Below, in pieces: positions 22,053-30,256 of a stretch of 64,000 bases of DNA. The notes under the pieces were generated by a model that had not been told where the DNA came from, ran no database searches, and saw only the letters and a list, made by a program, of their open reading frames with translations. Position numbers and translations under genes: made by a program. The stretch's first letter is position 1. Every line of letters starts with the position of its first letter. The stretch spans positions 3,808,001 to 3,872,000 of the forward strand of contig CP181291.1 of NCBI GenBank assembly GCA_052279835.1, given 5' to 3'. Source of the DNA: Microcoleus sp. (GTDB taxonomy: Bacteria > Cyanobacteriota > Cyanobacteriia > Cyanobacteriales > Microcoleaceae).

Positions 22053-23264
22053 GTGCAAATAAACCAATCTCAGCGTCGGAGAAAGGGGACTGTAGGAGTG
22101 ATGGCAAGCCGAGGTATGCTACGTCTTCATTTGCCCCGCGAGCTTTATTCCGGTAAAAATACGTTTCTGTATATCGGTCTGGCGGACACTTTGGAAAACC
22201 GGGCGATCGCAGAATGCAAGGCTAAGCAGATTGAGTTTGACATCCTTGCAGGGATATTTGACCCAAACGATTTAAGCAAATACAAGCCTGTTCAACCCCA
22301 CAAACACAGCAATCTGGTACAGGCTAAATTTGGGACAACAACAGGTCTGACACTGCAAGATTTGTGGGACAAGTATTTAAACTACAAGCAGGACACGCTC
22401 AAGCCAAAGTCTTTGCACTACTTGCAGACTACGTTGGGGCGACACATAGCCAAGTGTCCTTCGGATATTCTGCAATCGCTAGAAGTTCGCGAAGTTCTTT
22501 TAGGGACAACAACGGGGGACATGACTAAACGCATCCTCACCCATTTAAATGCTGCTGTTAATTGGGGTATCAAGTACAGGTTAATTACTTTGCCTGTTAG
22601 TCCCTACAAAGATATGGCTAATGACTTACCTAAGTACAACTGGCAGAGTGACCCTACTCCTAATGCTTTTGTCACTGAAGAAAAACTGCTGGTGCTACAA
22701 GCTTTCGAGTCTCACAAAAATAAGCCCGGACGCTGTTACAACACATACTACCCATTGGTAAAATTTTGGTTTTTAACGGGTTGCCGTCCTAGCGAGGCTA
22801 TTGGTTTGACTTGGGGAAATATCTCGCCAGACTGTTCTTACGTTTTGTTTAACGGCAGTATTCAGTTCATTGAGGGGAAAGCTGTTCAGAGTAAGGGCAG
22901 TAAAAATAACAAACACCGAAAATTCCCTTGTAATAATGAGTTGAAAGAGTTTTTAGTGTCAATTAAGCCACAACAGTTTGATTCTAAAGAATTGGTTTTT
23001 TCTTCTCCATCTGGGGAGGCAATCAACTACAGCAATTTTTCTCAAAGAGCTTGGCATAAAATAGTTGTGCCTATCACTGACAAGACGCGGGAACCTGGTT
23101 ACAAACCTACTACTCCCTATTCTTGTCGGGATACTTTTATTAGCGAACAATTGGCGCAAGGTATTCCATCTGCGGTTATTGCTCGCTGGTGTGATACGTC
23201 GGAAAGTATTATTAATTCCCACTATTTAGACAATAAGGTATTGGAGCATTTACGCCCCCTTTGA
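22053..23264 (+). CDS. Tyrosine recombinase/integrase with N-terminal arm-binding domain
   Basis: N-terminal LRLHLPR...ADTLENRAIAE arm domain; TGCRPSEAIGL, PYSCRDTF, INSHYL; starts next to att. Confidence 0.92.
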   Translation: MQINQSQRRRKGTVGVMASRGMLRLHLPRELYSGKNTFLYIGLADTLENRAIAECKAKQIEFDILAGIFDPNDLSKYKPVQPHKHSNLVQAKFGTTTGLTLQDLWDKYLNYKQDTLKPKSLHYLQTTLGRHIAKCPSDILQSLEVREVLLGTTTGDMTKRILTHLNAAVNWGIKYRLITLPVSPYKDMANDLPKYNWQSDPTPNAFVTEEKLLVLQAFESHKNKPGRCYNTYYPLVKFWFLTGCRPSEAIGLTWGNISPDCSYVLFNGSIQFIEGKAVQSKGSKNNKHRKFPCNNELKEFLVSIKPQQFDSKELVFSSPSGEAINYSNFSQRAWHKIVVPITDKTREPGYKPTTPYSCRDTFISEQLAQGIPSAVIARWCDTSESIINSHYLDNKVLEHLRPL

Positions 23265-23528
23265 TACTGTTAATATGTTGATTCTCTGGGCAACTTTTGC
23301 GACACTAAACTTTACAACCGAACTGTTGACAGTTTGCTGGGAAGCTGCGATCGTATGTAACTAAGGAAGATTGATGCGCGACTGATTAGCACTTGCAATG
23401 CTAGCCAAGTCACGACTTCCCCAAATCGTTCATTCACAACGTTTGGAGCCTAAATATAATGCCACATTCAGCCGATTGTCCCAATGGACGATCGCAACTC
23501 TTAATGATTGAGTTGGCGGGGTTTTGCC

Positions 23529-24032
23529 ATGACTGAACCCCCCATCAGCCACCGTCGCATTGACAAGCTCAAAGCGATCGCCTACGACCGCGGTTTCACC
23601 AATGAAGATGCCAAACAGTTCGGGAAACTCAGCAAAACTGCTACATGGGAAGCACTGCTAGAACTGTACCTAGTTGACGGTGAATCCCTTGAGACGGCGA
23701 CTGTAGACAGTGTAGACACCAATAAAGTTGCAAGTGTAGACAGTGTAGACAAAACATCTGAACCGCTTGACTTACAAGCTGTAGACAGTGTAGACACCTT
23801 TGATTGGACTAATGACGGTTCCTTTCCCGTCTGCAACTTTACCCGCCAGAATTCCACTTTCTTTGACTGGGTTGATTTTGGGCAACTCATCGCACTTGTA
23901 CTCGCTTCTGTGGGGGTATTTGTGCTGGCTATGTCCATGTGGCGACAAATTAACCCGCTCAATCTATTCCCTAAAATCCGCATCAACATTCAAATAGGAG
24001 CCGAATATGGGACGCATGAACAAAATCTTTAA
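23529..24032 (+). CDS. Hypothetical element protein with C-terminal TM helix and internal TGTAGACA repeats
   Basis: ATG 23529; VDSVD repeats; hydrophobic LIALVLASVGVFVLAM. Confidence 0.7.
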   Translation: MTEPPISHRRIDKLKAIAYDRGFTNEDAKQFGKLSKTATWEALLELYLVDGESLETATVDSVDTNKVASVDSVDKTSEPLDLQAVDSVDTFDWTNDGSFPVCNFTRQNSTFFDWVDFGQLIALVLASVGVFVLAMSMWRQINPLNLFPKIRINIQIGAEYGTHEQNL

Positions 24033-24510
24033 AAACGACGAGAAATCGGGCGGTTTAGCTCATGGTAGCCACGCTATTAACCATTCCACCGTTTTAGCCC
24101 CAACCAGTGCCGACGCAATCAGTCCGCTAAATCCGGGCAAGTTCGTAGCAAGTGAACGCTCAGTCCCCATCATCGAAAAACCCCGTTACTTCACAGAAGA
24201 AGAAGCCGACGCGATGAAGACGCTGGCAAAGGAGAAAACTGAGGGTGCGCGTCACGCCAAACGGGCTTATGAAGCTGCTGGCAAGATTGAAGAAGCCGAT
24301 GCCAAAGTCCATAAACACCACCGCAAGTATGAGGGCGTGGTTGCCGACAACGAACTCGTAAAAAAGCGCGCCGACGCACGTCTAGGTAAACACTTGCACG
24401 GATTGCGTCCTGCTTACGCTCGATTGGGCATGGGCTTGGAGCAAGCTGCTAATAATGCCGAAAGTCGCATCGGTGAAATTAAAGCCAAGCTGCAAGGGTT
24501 AAAACCATGA
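24007..24510 (+). CDS. Hypothetical helical/coiled-coil element protein
   Basis: AGGAG RBS before ATG 24007; overlaps both neighbours. Confidence 0.8.
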   Translation: MGRMNKIFKNDEKSGGLAHGSHAINHSTVLAPTSADAISPLNPGKFVASERSVPIIEKPRYFTEEEADAMKTLAKEKTEGARHAKRAYEAAGKIEEADAKVHKHHRKYEGVVADNELVKKRADARLGKHLHGLRPAYARLGMGLEQAANNAESRIGEIKAKLQGLKP

Positions 24511-24776
24511 GCAGAGCGATCGCACTTTTCAACACTTTTGTGAGTTGTGCGATCGCTTCCAGTTTCCTCTGCTGGATAGCGTCGCTCAATTCTGGGTTAC
24601 AGGTTTTGGTAAGAGCCTTGTACCTAGTCGTAGTCCTGTGCTGGGTTCTAGGTTGGATACTAGACGACTGGCTGTGCTTGAAATTCCGCATCACACTCCT
24701 AGACCTGCAAGGGATTTTGGTTGCAGGTATAGCCGCTGTTTTATTCGGCTTGGGGGTGATGTTATGCAGATTCTGA
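24507..24776 (+). CDS. Small membrane protein (about 3 TM)
   Basis: ATGA overlap with the upstream stop; strongly hydrophobic. Confidence 0.7.
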   Translation: MSRAIALFNTFVSCAIASSFLCWIASLNSGLQVLVRALYLVVVLCWVLGWILDDWLCLKFRITLLDLQGILVAGIAAVLFGLGVMLCRF

Positions 24777-25318
24777 AGGTTTGCGCGTTAACAACCTCTG
24801 GGTTAATTCTTTGGCTAGCACCGCCGTTCACCCTCAGCCGTAAAATCCCTTTGCACAATATGACCACAGGCTTAGCCTTGATAGGTAGCTTTGCTTGCTG
24901 CTTTGAAGCCCGAAGAGTTGCTCTAAAACTTAGTCAGGCCGAAGACTTTGAGGCAATGAAAGAAGCGGTCATCGTGGCTGATACTGTGGATGAATTGGCA
25001 ACTTCTGCTTATATATCTGAGCAACAGAGACGGATAGAGGCTGAGTCTATCCTAAACGCGACGGATTCTGAGCAAGTGGAACACCTAGAACGCTCTCTAG
25101 CCCTAAGTCACAGCGAAGAGGACGGGCTAGGTTCTGAACGTTCCGTACAACTAGCTGAGAACGCCGATTCAGAACTTTTAGAACAGATTCTGGAACTAAA
25201 GGCCAAGGGCTATGGCAAGGCAAAAATCATCCTTGAGTTGTGGGGCGCAACCAAAGGTGGTAGTCCAAGGTACAAAGCTGCTGAGGCTGAGTATAAACGT
25301 TTAGTAGGTGGATTGTAG
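24764..25318 (+). CDS. Membrane-anchored protein with basic C-terminal helical (HTH-like) domain
   Basis: ATG 24764 after GGGGG; two N-terminal hydrophobic segments; C-terminus GYGKAKIILELWGATKGGSPRYKAAEAEY. Confidence 0.75.
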   Translation: MQILKVCALTTSGLILWLAPPFTLSRKIPLHNMTTGLALIGSFACCFEARRVALKLSQAEDFEAMKEAVIVADTVDELATSAYISEQQRRIEAESILNATDSEQVEHLERSLALSHSEEDGLGSERSVQLAENADSELLEQILELKAKGYGKAKIILELWGATKGGSPRYKAAEAEYKRLVGGL

Positions 25319-25588
25319 ACAATTGTAGACACGAGAAAGTTTGAAACGTGGGCTGGGGGGGGAGCCGGTCTATGGCCCGCCCCCCCAGCCGCGACACTCA
25401 GAATTTTGGGCGCCGCAGGCAACCGGGATGAGTAACACCCGGTACACAGTAAAGAAAATAGAAAAAGTTAGGAAGCTAGAACCTATGGAGGTAGGTGGAT
25501 GCAGGCAATTTTGATTTCGTAACTTAATCAATTAAAAATTTGATTGTGTAACAAAATCATGGCAAAAAGTAGAACTCATAAAGGTGGT

Positions 25589-25954
25589 TTGCGTCCCAGG
25601 TCTAGCAACTGGCAAAAATTTCGAGTGGCGGGCGTTCTTTGGGTAACTCGTTGGGTAACTGCAAAAACTTTGGGAACGTCCGACGCCGAAATTTAACGCA
25701 GTGGTTGCCAGTTGCGGTTGGGCAAGTTGTAGGATTTAAATTGGTGGAGCTCTAGCCTTGAGCAATTGAGGTGCATCCGGTAGGCAGCCCATCAAATAGC
25801 TTTGATTAGAGAAAGAGTAGGCGTGATTTGTTGTTCGGTCGATGGCGACGAATGAATCCGGGAATCTCCCAAAGTAGGTTGCTAGGAGGGGCGGGTTAAG
25901 ACCCGATAGACAGGCAGTACCGTGACAAGACTGCGCGTGCATACGACCCACCAA
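25589..25954 (+). ncRNA. Putative structured non-coding RNA (two domains)
   Basis: Nested stems GCAACTGGCAA/TTGCCAGTTGC, AAATTTCG/CGAAATTT, TTGGTGG/CCACCAA, CGGGT/ACCCG and GCAGT/ACTGC; G-U pairs work on the + strand. Confidence 0.45.
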
Positions 25955-26166
25955 AAAGTAAGCTGGACTCTCATTTGCACGAGTTGACTGGCTTTTTATC
26001 GCAAAACGTATTTCTTTGATACGTGGTTTCGGCGATACAAGCTGGTTCCATTTAAGCTTTGAATTTTTTAAAAACCAAGTAAACGCCAAAAAACCGCTGC
26101 ATTCAATTGGAACCTGGATAACAGCGGTCTTTGGCACTAAACCCGCTTTTTAGGGCGGACTACATC

Positions 26167-28959
26167 ATGAGTACATCATACCCCACCGGGGAAAATTTCG
26201 CATTCCAAAATTCAACTTTTATCAACCCAAAGCACCTTACAGAGTGGGTTGAAGGTTCAGTCGTATCAGAAGCGATCGCACGTCTCAACATCGAATCGCT
26301 AACCGCCAAAGAACTCAACGAGCGCATCCAGCCCAAAGACCCCATCAAAACTGATGGTTGGTGGTGTCGCGGTGTTAATTGGCGGACTGGTGCACGCATG
26401 GGTAACTGTTACGGACAGGGCAAACCAGACAAGCCACATCAACCAGAAGGCTCTAAACCACGCAAGTATCTCACAACGAGTGGCGGTGAACCCGATGCCA
26501 TCTTTCTCTCAATGCCAGACAGACATTACTGGAATAAGGCTTGGAACGACAAGTCCATACCACGTCATTGGACGGAAGGAGCCAAAAAAGCTGGTGCTGG
26601 TTTGAGTCTTGAACTTGCCGTCATTGCGCTTACAGGGGTATGGAATTGGGGCAAAGACGGGGAACTAGCGCCCTTTGTCAAGGAGTGGGCACAGCCTGGA
26701 ACTATCCACTACATAGACTTTGACTCCGACTATGCCAGCAACCCATCTTGCCGTACAGCCATTTTGAAGTTTGGTCGCTTGCTAGAGGAGTGTGGATGCG
26801 AAGTACACATCACAGTTTGGGACAGTCAGTTTAAGGGCATGGATGACTTCATCAAAGCTAAGGGTGGTGATGCTTTCAAAGAGGCTGTAACCAGCGCACC
26901 AACTTTAGCCAAGTGGGAAAAAGAGCTCAAAAAAAGCGATCGCAAAATTGACTCTTTAAACCCTAATAATTCTCTAACTCCTCACCCGCGCACGCGAGAA
27001 GATGTAGTATGTTTGTCGTCTAAAAGTAGTATAAATGACTACATTCCAGACACAGCGCCGACTCCAGAGCTTAACTACGCACAAAAAGCCATTGAAGCGT
27101 TGTATTCAGGCACGCATTGGGTGTCGATAGGGGGACAACTTTTTGAGTTCACCGGCACTCATTATGAGTTGAGGCCTGAAGCCACTGAGAGGCGACGTAT
27201 CCTGCACTGGCTGAGTACCTACTCTGAGTATGTGAAAGGGAAATACCGTTGCAACCGCGCCAATTCTGCCAGCGTCAATGAGGTTTATAACTATATGGTT
27301 TTGGCTGTGGCAGTTGACCCCAATACGATTAACCCAGATGGCTTGAACTGTGCCAACGGAGTTGTGAAGGTCAATTCAGACGGCTCTCACTCGCTTGTGC
27401 CACATGACCCTAGCCATGTCTACACATATGTTGGCTGCAAGTATGACCCCGACATTGATGTGACGGATTGCGATCGCCTTTTGGAGTGTTTGGAGCCGTC
27501 GCAGCGAGAGATTTTTCTGCGGACTGCTGCTGCTGCACTCAACCTAAAACTTGTGCGCTCAAAGTTGACGGGGCGGGGAGTGAAAGGTTTGTTGTGCTTC
27601 GGTGAGGGGTCTAATGGTAAGGACACGCTGCGGGCTGCGTTGGCCACTGTGTTTGGGCGGGGTATGACCGGAAAGTCGCTGTCAGATTTCAAGTCCTACG
27701 ACAATGGCCGCAAGTTTTCCCTAGCAGGAGTTGAGGGGAGTATTTGCAATTGGGCTTCTGAAAACACGGCAAAGGTAGACTTAGACACTATTCAAAGTCT
27801 GAAGCAGTTAATCACGGGAGACCCTCTAGATATTGAGCGCAAGGGTAAGGATAGCTATGAGTACAAGCCTGCTGCAATTTTCTTTGCCAACTGCAACAAA
27901 CTACCGTCTATCACTGGGGGAACGGCTGCGATTGATGACCGCTACGGCATCTTGAGCTTTAAGAAAACTTACAAGTACAACGCTGACCCGTCTCAGGGAG
28001 AGTTAGAGGCTGACCCGCGCTTTAAGGATGATGAGAACTTTATTCTGGAACGGATTGCGCCGGCGATGCTTAACAAGATGTTGGAGCGGTTGTCACCGTT
28101 GTTGACTGAGGGGATTGATTACAAGGCAACTCATGAGGCTATGCGGGAAGCTCAGGAGGAAAGTCGGCACTTGTGGCAATTTGCGCGCGAGGTTGGTTTG
28201 GAGGTTCAGGCTGGTGGACGTATTTGGGTTAAAGATTTGTGGGAGCGATTGCAAGCTTGGTATGAGGATGCAGGGATTCTAGAGAGAGACGCTAGCGGCA
28301 CCAAGGAGAAGTTGATTTGGAATGAACTTTCAAGTAAATATGATGCTCCTGTAAAAGCTATAAACCAGTTGTCGTCAAGGCTTAGCGAGATTTTCCCTAA
28401 GCTTCAAGTGTGTAAGTATCTTGAGCGTGATGAAATGGAGCGAAGAGGACAAAGATATTTACTTGGAATTGGATTTGTGCAAGGTTGCCCAAAAACTGTA
28501 AAAACATCGGTTCCATCGGTTCCAGTAGATGCAGTAAGGGATACAGCGGTTCCATCGTCGGTTCCAAAAAATACTGGAACCAACGATGGAACCGCACAAA
28601 CCCTTATACAGAGCGGTGGAACCGATGGAACCGATGTTTCCTCACCTTTTAGTCAGGTTTGCAATTTACTCTCCAAACTCACCGATGATGAACGGCAAAA
28701 ACTGGTAGAAATACTAACCCAACCTCAACCTCAGCCTCAGCCGGAACAGCCAACACCTCCAACACAGCCCAAGCGCGTAACCCTCAAAAAAGGTGTGCGA
28801 GTCCGCTATGTGGGTGACGACGCTGGCTGTGTAGCACAGTACGGAAAACTTGACCTTGTGGTCGATGAGGTTAAAAACCATTACGTTTGTTGTCTGAAGC
28901 CTGACGGCAGTTTTACGACTTGGTTCAACCCCCAAGACTTAAGGGTGATTCCTGACTAG
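26167..28959 (+). CDS. Primase-helicase (DUF3854/Toprim-like N-terminus plus P4/D5-type SF3 helicase)
   Basis: WTEGAKKA, IDFDSD, KGMDDF (Toprim-like); LNCANG; Walker A GEGSNGKD, LKQLITGD, FANCNKLP. Confidence 0.9.
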   Translation: MSTSYPTGENFAFQNSTFINPKHLTEWVEGSVVSEAIARLNIESLTAKELNERIQPKDPIKTDGWWCRGVNWRTGARMGNCYGQGKPDKPHQPEGSKPRKYLTTSGGEPDAIFLSMPDRHYWNKAWNDKSIPRHWTEGAKKAGAGLSLELAVIALTGVWNWGKDGELAPFVKEWAQPGTIHYIDFDSDYASNPSCRTAILKFGRLLEECGCEVHITVWDSQFKGMDDFIKAKGGDAFKEAVTSAPTLAKWEKELKKSDRKIDSLNPNNSLTPHPRTREDVVCLSSKSSINDYIPDTAPTPELNYAQKAIEALYSGTHWVSIGGQLFEFTGTHYELRPEATERRRILHWLSTYSEYVKGKYRCNRANSASVNEVYNYMVLAVAVDPNTINPDGLNCANGVVKVNSDGSHSLVPHDPSHVYTYVGCKYDPDIDVTDCDRLLECLEPSQREIFLRTAAAALNLKLVRSKLTGRGVKGLLCFGEGSNGKDTLRAALATVFGRGMTGKSLSDFKSYDNGRKFSLAGVEGSICNWASENTAKVDLDTIQSLKQLITGDPLDIERKGKDSYEYKPAAIFFANCNKLPSITGGTAAIDDRYGILSFKKTYKYNADPSQGELEADPRFKDDENFILERIAPAMLNKMLERLSPLLTEGIDYKATHEAMREAQEESRHLWQFAREVGLEVQAGGRIWVKDLWERLQAWYEDAGILERDASGTKEKLIWNELSSKYDAPVKAINQLSSRLSEIFPKLQVCKYLERDEMERRGQRYLLGIGFVQGCPKTVKTSVPSVPVDAVRDTAVPSSVPKNTGTNDGTAQTLIQSGGTDGTDVSSPFSQVCNLLSKLTDDERQKLVEILTQPQPQPQPEQPTPPTQPKRVTLKKGVRVRYVGDDAGCVAQYGKLDLVVDEVKNHYVCCLKPDGSFTTWFNPQDLRVIPD
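28502..28639. repeat. 138-bp nested palindrome with 8 GGTTCCA units inside the primase gene (candidate origin)
   Basis: Perfect 23-bp outer IR (28502-28524/28617-28639) and 21-bp inner IR with one mismatch. Confidence 0.8.
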
Positions 28960-29090
28960 GAAATGACCAAGGACTGACGGCTAGAATCTTATCCCTCGAC
29001 CTTGGGGGATTTTCGTGTCTACAATCTTTGTAGACAATCTGTTGACATTGTAGACACCTACCTGTTACTGTAGACAAAAGCTGTATACAG

Positions 29091-29384
29091 GTGTCTACAA
29101 TGAGTCAGAGTCAAGTTGTATCCTTCAGAGCATCCGGTCACTTTCTTAACTGGATAGAAGCCCAAAGGCTAGAGGGTGAATCGGTAAGTCAAGCTGCACA
29201 ACGTATTCTCAAGGAAGTCTCTGGTTTGTCTACAGTGTCTACAAATTTGTCTACGCGAAACGATGATAGCGTCGTGTCTACAAATATTGTAGACACTGTA
29301 GACAAGGTTGTTAGCTCACGTCTTGACCCTGTGATGGAACGGATGGCTTCTATTGAGGAACGGCTGGGAAAATTGAGTGCCTGA
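29091..29384 (+). CDS. Ribbon-helix-helix-like DNA-binding protein (short form)
   Basis: VVSFR strand followed by two helices; promoter TTGACA 29042-29047 is buried in TGTAGACA boxes. Confidence 0.7.
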   Translation: MSTMSQSQVVSFRASGHFLNWIEAQRLEGESVSQAAQRILKEVSGLSTVSTNLSTRNDDSVVSTNIVDTVDKVVSSRLDPVMERMASIEERLGKLSA

Positions 29385-29412
29385 GCGATGGCAACGATGA
29401 ATCGCTCAGGCA
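29366..29412 (+). promoter_or_regulatory. Candidate -1 programmed ribosomal frameshift signal
   Basis: In-frame G_GGA_AAA (29366-29372), 5-nt spacer, perfect 12-bp stem TGCCTGAGCGAT/ATCGCTCAGGCA. Confidence 0.7.
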
Positions 29413-29693
29413 AGAAACTGAAAGTAGCCAACAAGCAACTTGCAGAATGGGATGCGGAACTGAATCAGTTACACGAGCGCAACGGCGACTTGGGCTTGAA
29501 GGTTCAGATGTTGGAGGAAGAGCTTAAGAGGATGACGAGCGATCGGGGAGAAAATAGAAATTCGGTTCCGACCGTCGCAGAATTCCCAGAGCCGGCCGAC
29601 TTGCTCAACCAACTCAAGGCGCGACGCAAAAAGTCTAAGGCTGACTTGACCGACGTGGAGACGTTCTTAGAAATACTTGGCTTGGAGAGTTGA
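29388..29693 (+). CDS. Coiled-coil segment, probably the C-terminal extension of the frameshifted RHH protein
   Basis: Heptad pattern; C-terminus PEPADLLNQLKARRKKSKADL; its ATG is buried in the frameshift hairpin. Confidence 0.6.
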   Translation: MATMNRSGKKLKVANKQLAEWDAELNQLHERNGDLGLKVQMLEEELKRMTSDRGENRNSVPTVAEFPEPADLLNQLKARRKKSKADLTDVETFLEILGLES

Positions 29694-29743
29694 CCTGTGT
29701 CTACCGACAGGATGCCGGGATACTACCTGACCCAGATAGGCGG

Positions 29744-29813
29744 TGTTGTGCATTTGTTGTGCGAAACAAATGCACAACAAATGCACAACAAATGCACAAC
29801 AAACGCATAACAA
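29744..29813. repeat. Integrase arm-type repeats TGCACAACAA (also at 21995-22015)
   Basis: Four direct and two inverted copies near the right att; two direct copies near the left att. Confidence 0.75.
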
Positions 29814-29886
29814 ATAAGGTTTGAGCCGCTCTCTACTTTTCGGCAAAGAACGGCTCAAACAGTTGTTGTGTAAAGGTTTTAGTTAA

Positions 29887-29960
29887 CGGGTACGGTAGGA
29901 CTCGAACCTACGGCTCGCTGCTTAGAAGGCAGCTACTCTATCCACCTGAGTTACGCACCC
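29887..29960 (-). tRNA. tRNA-Arg(UCU)
   Basis: GGGTGCG acceptor stem pairs with CGTACCC; anticodon loop TTCTAA; T-loop GGTTCGAGTCC; CCA not encoded. Confidence 0.95.
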
Positions 29961-30256
29961 AAATCAAAAAACAGAAATTTAGCTAGAATTTGGCTAACAG
30001 GAGTATTGTATCGTGACAGTGTGCGATCGGGCAAGTAAACATTTCATAAAAGTCTGAAAAGACCGCCAAGCCAATAGCATGATAGTTAATTTACAATAAA
30101 AGCTGATCGCAGGACAAGAACTGAGGTAAGGTGTAGAGATGAGTTGGAATGCAGCTCAAAAACAACCGATCCAAATCGTCCACCAATAGAAATACTGGTC
30201 ACAGACTATTATCAAGCACAGCACCTCGGCCATGACAGGAGTCAAATCGCAGTGTC

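Larger units (their letters stand above)
21849..29932. mobile_element. 8008-bp integrative element (integrated plasmid / satellite-like) inserted at tRNA-Arg
   Basis: Identical 76-bp direct repeats at 21849-21924 and 29857-29932 including the tRNA 3' half; contains integrase and primase-helicase. Confidence 0.93.

Noticed and set aside
25085..25200. Recurrent (A/T/G)GAAC words in ORF 24764
   Set aside because: Short and irregularly spaced; explicable by Glu-rich codons, so not counted as a repeat array
25559..25696. 45-aa ORF MAKSRTHKGG...
   Set aside because: No RBS and lies within the long hairpin; cannot be supported
25589..25954. Group I or group II intron interpretation (TTGCG start, GACTG/CAGT stem)
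   Set aside because: No domain V/VI, group I core elements not in canonical order, no interrupted gene or RT
25736..26137. 133-aa minus-strand ORF in the element
   Set aside because: No motif or RBS, opposite to all element genes, overlaps the structured region
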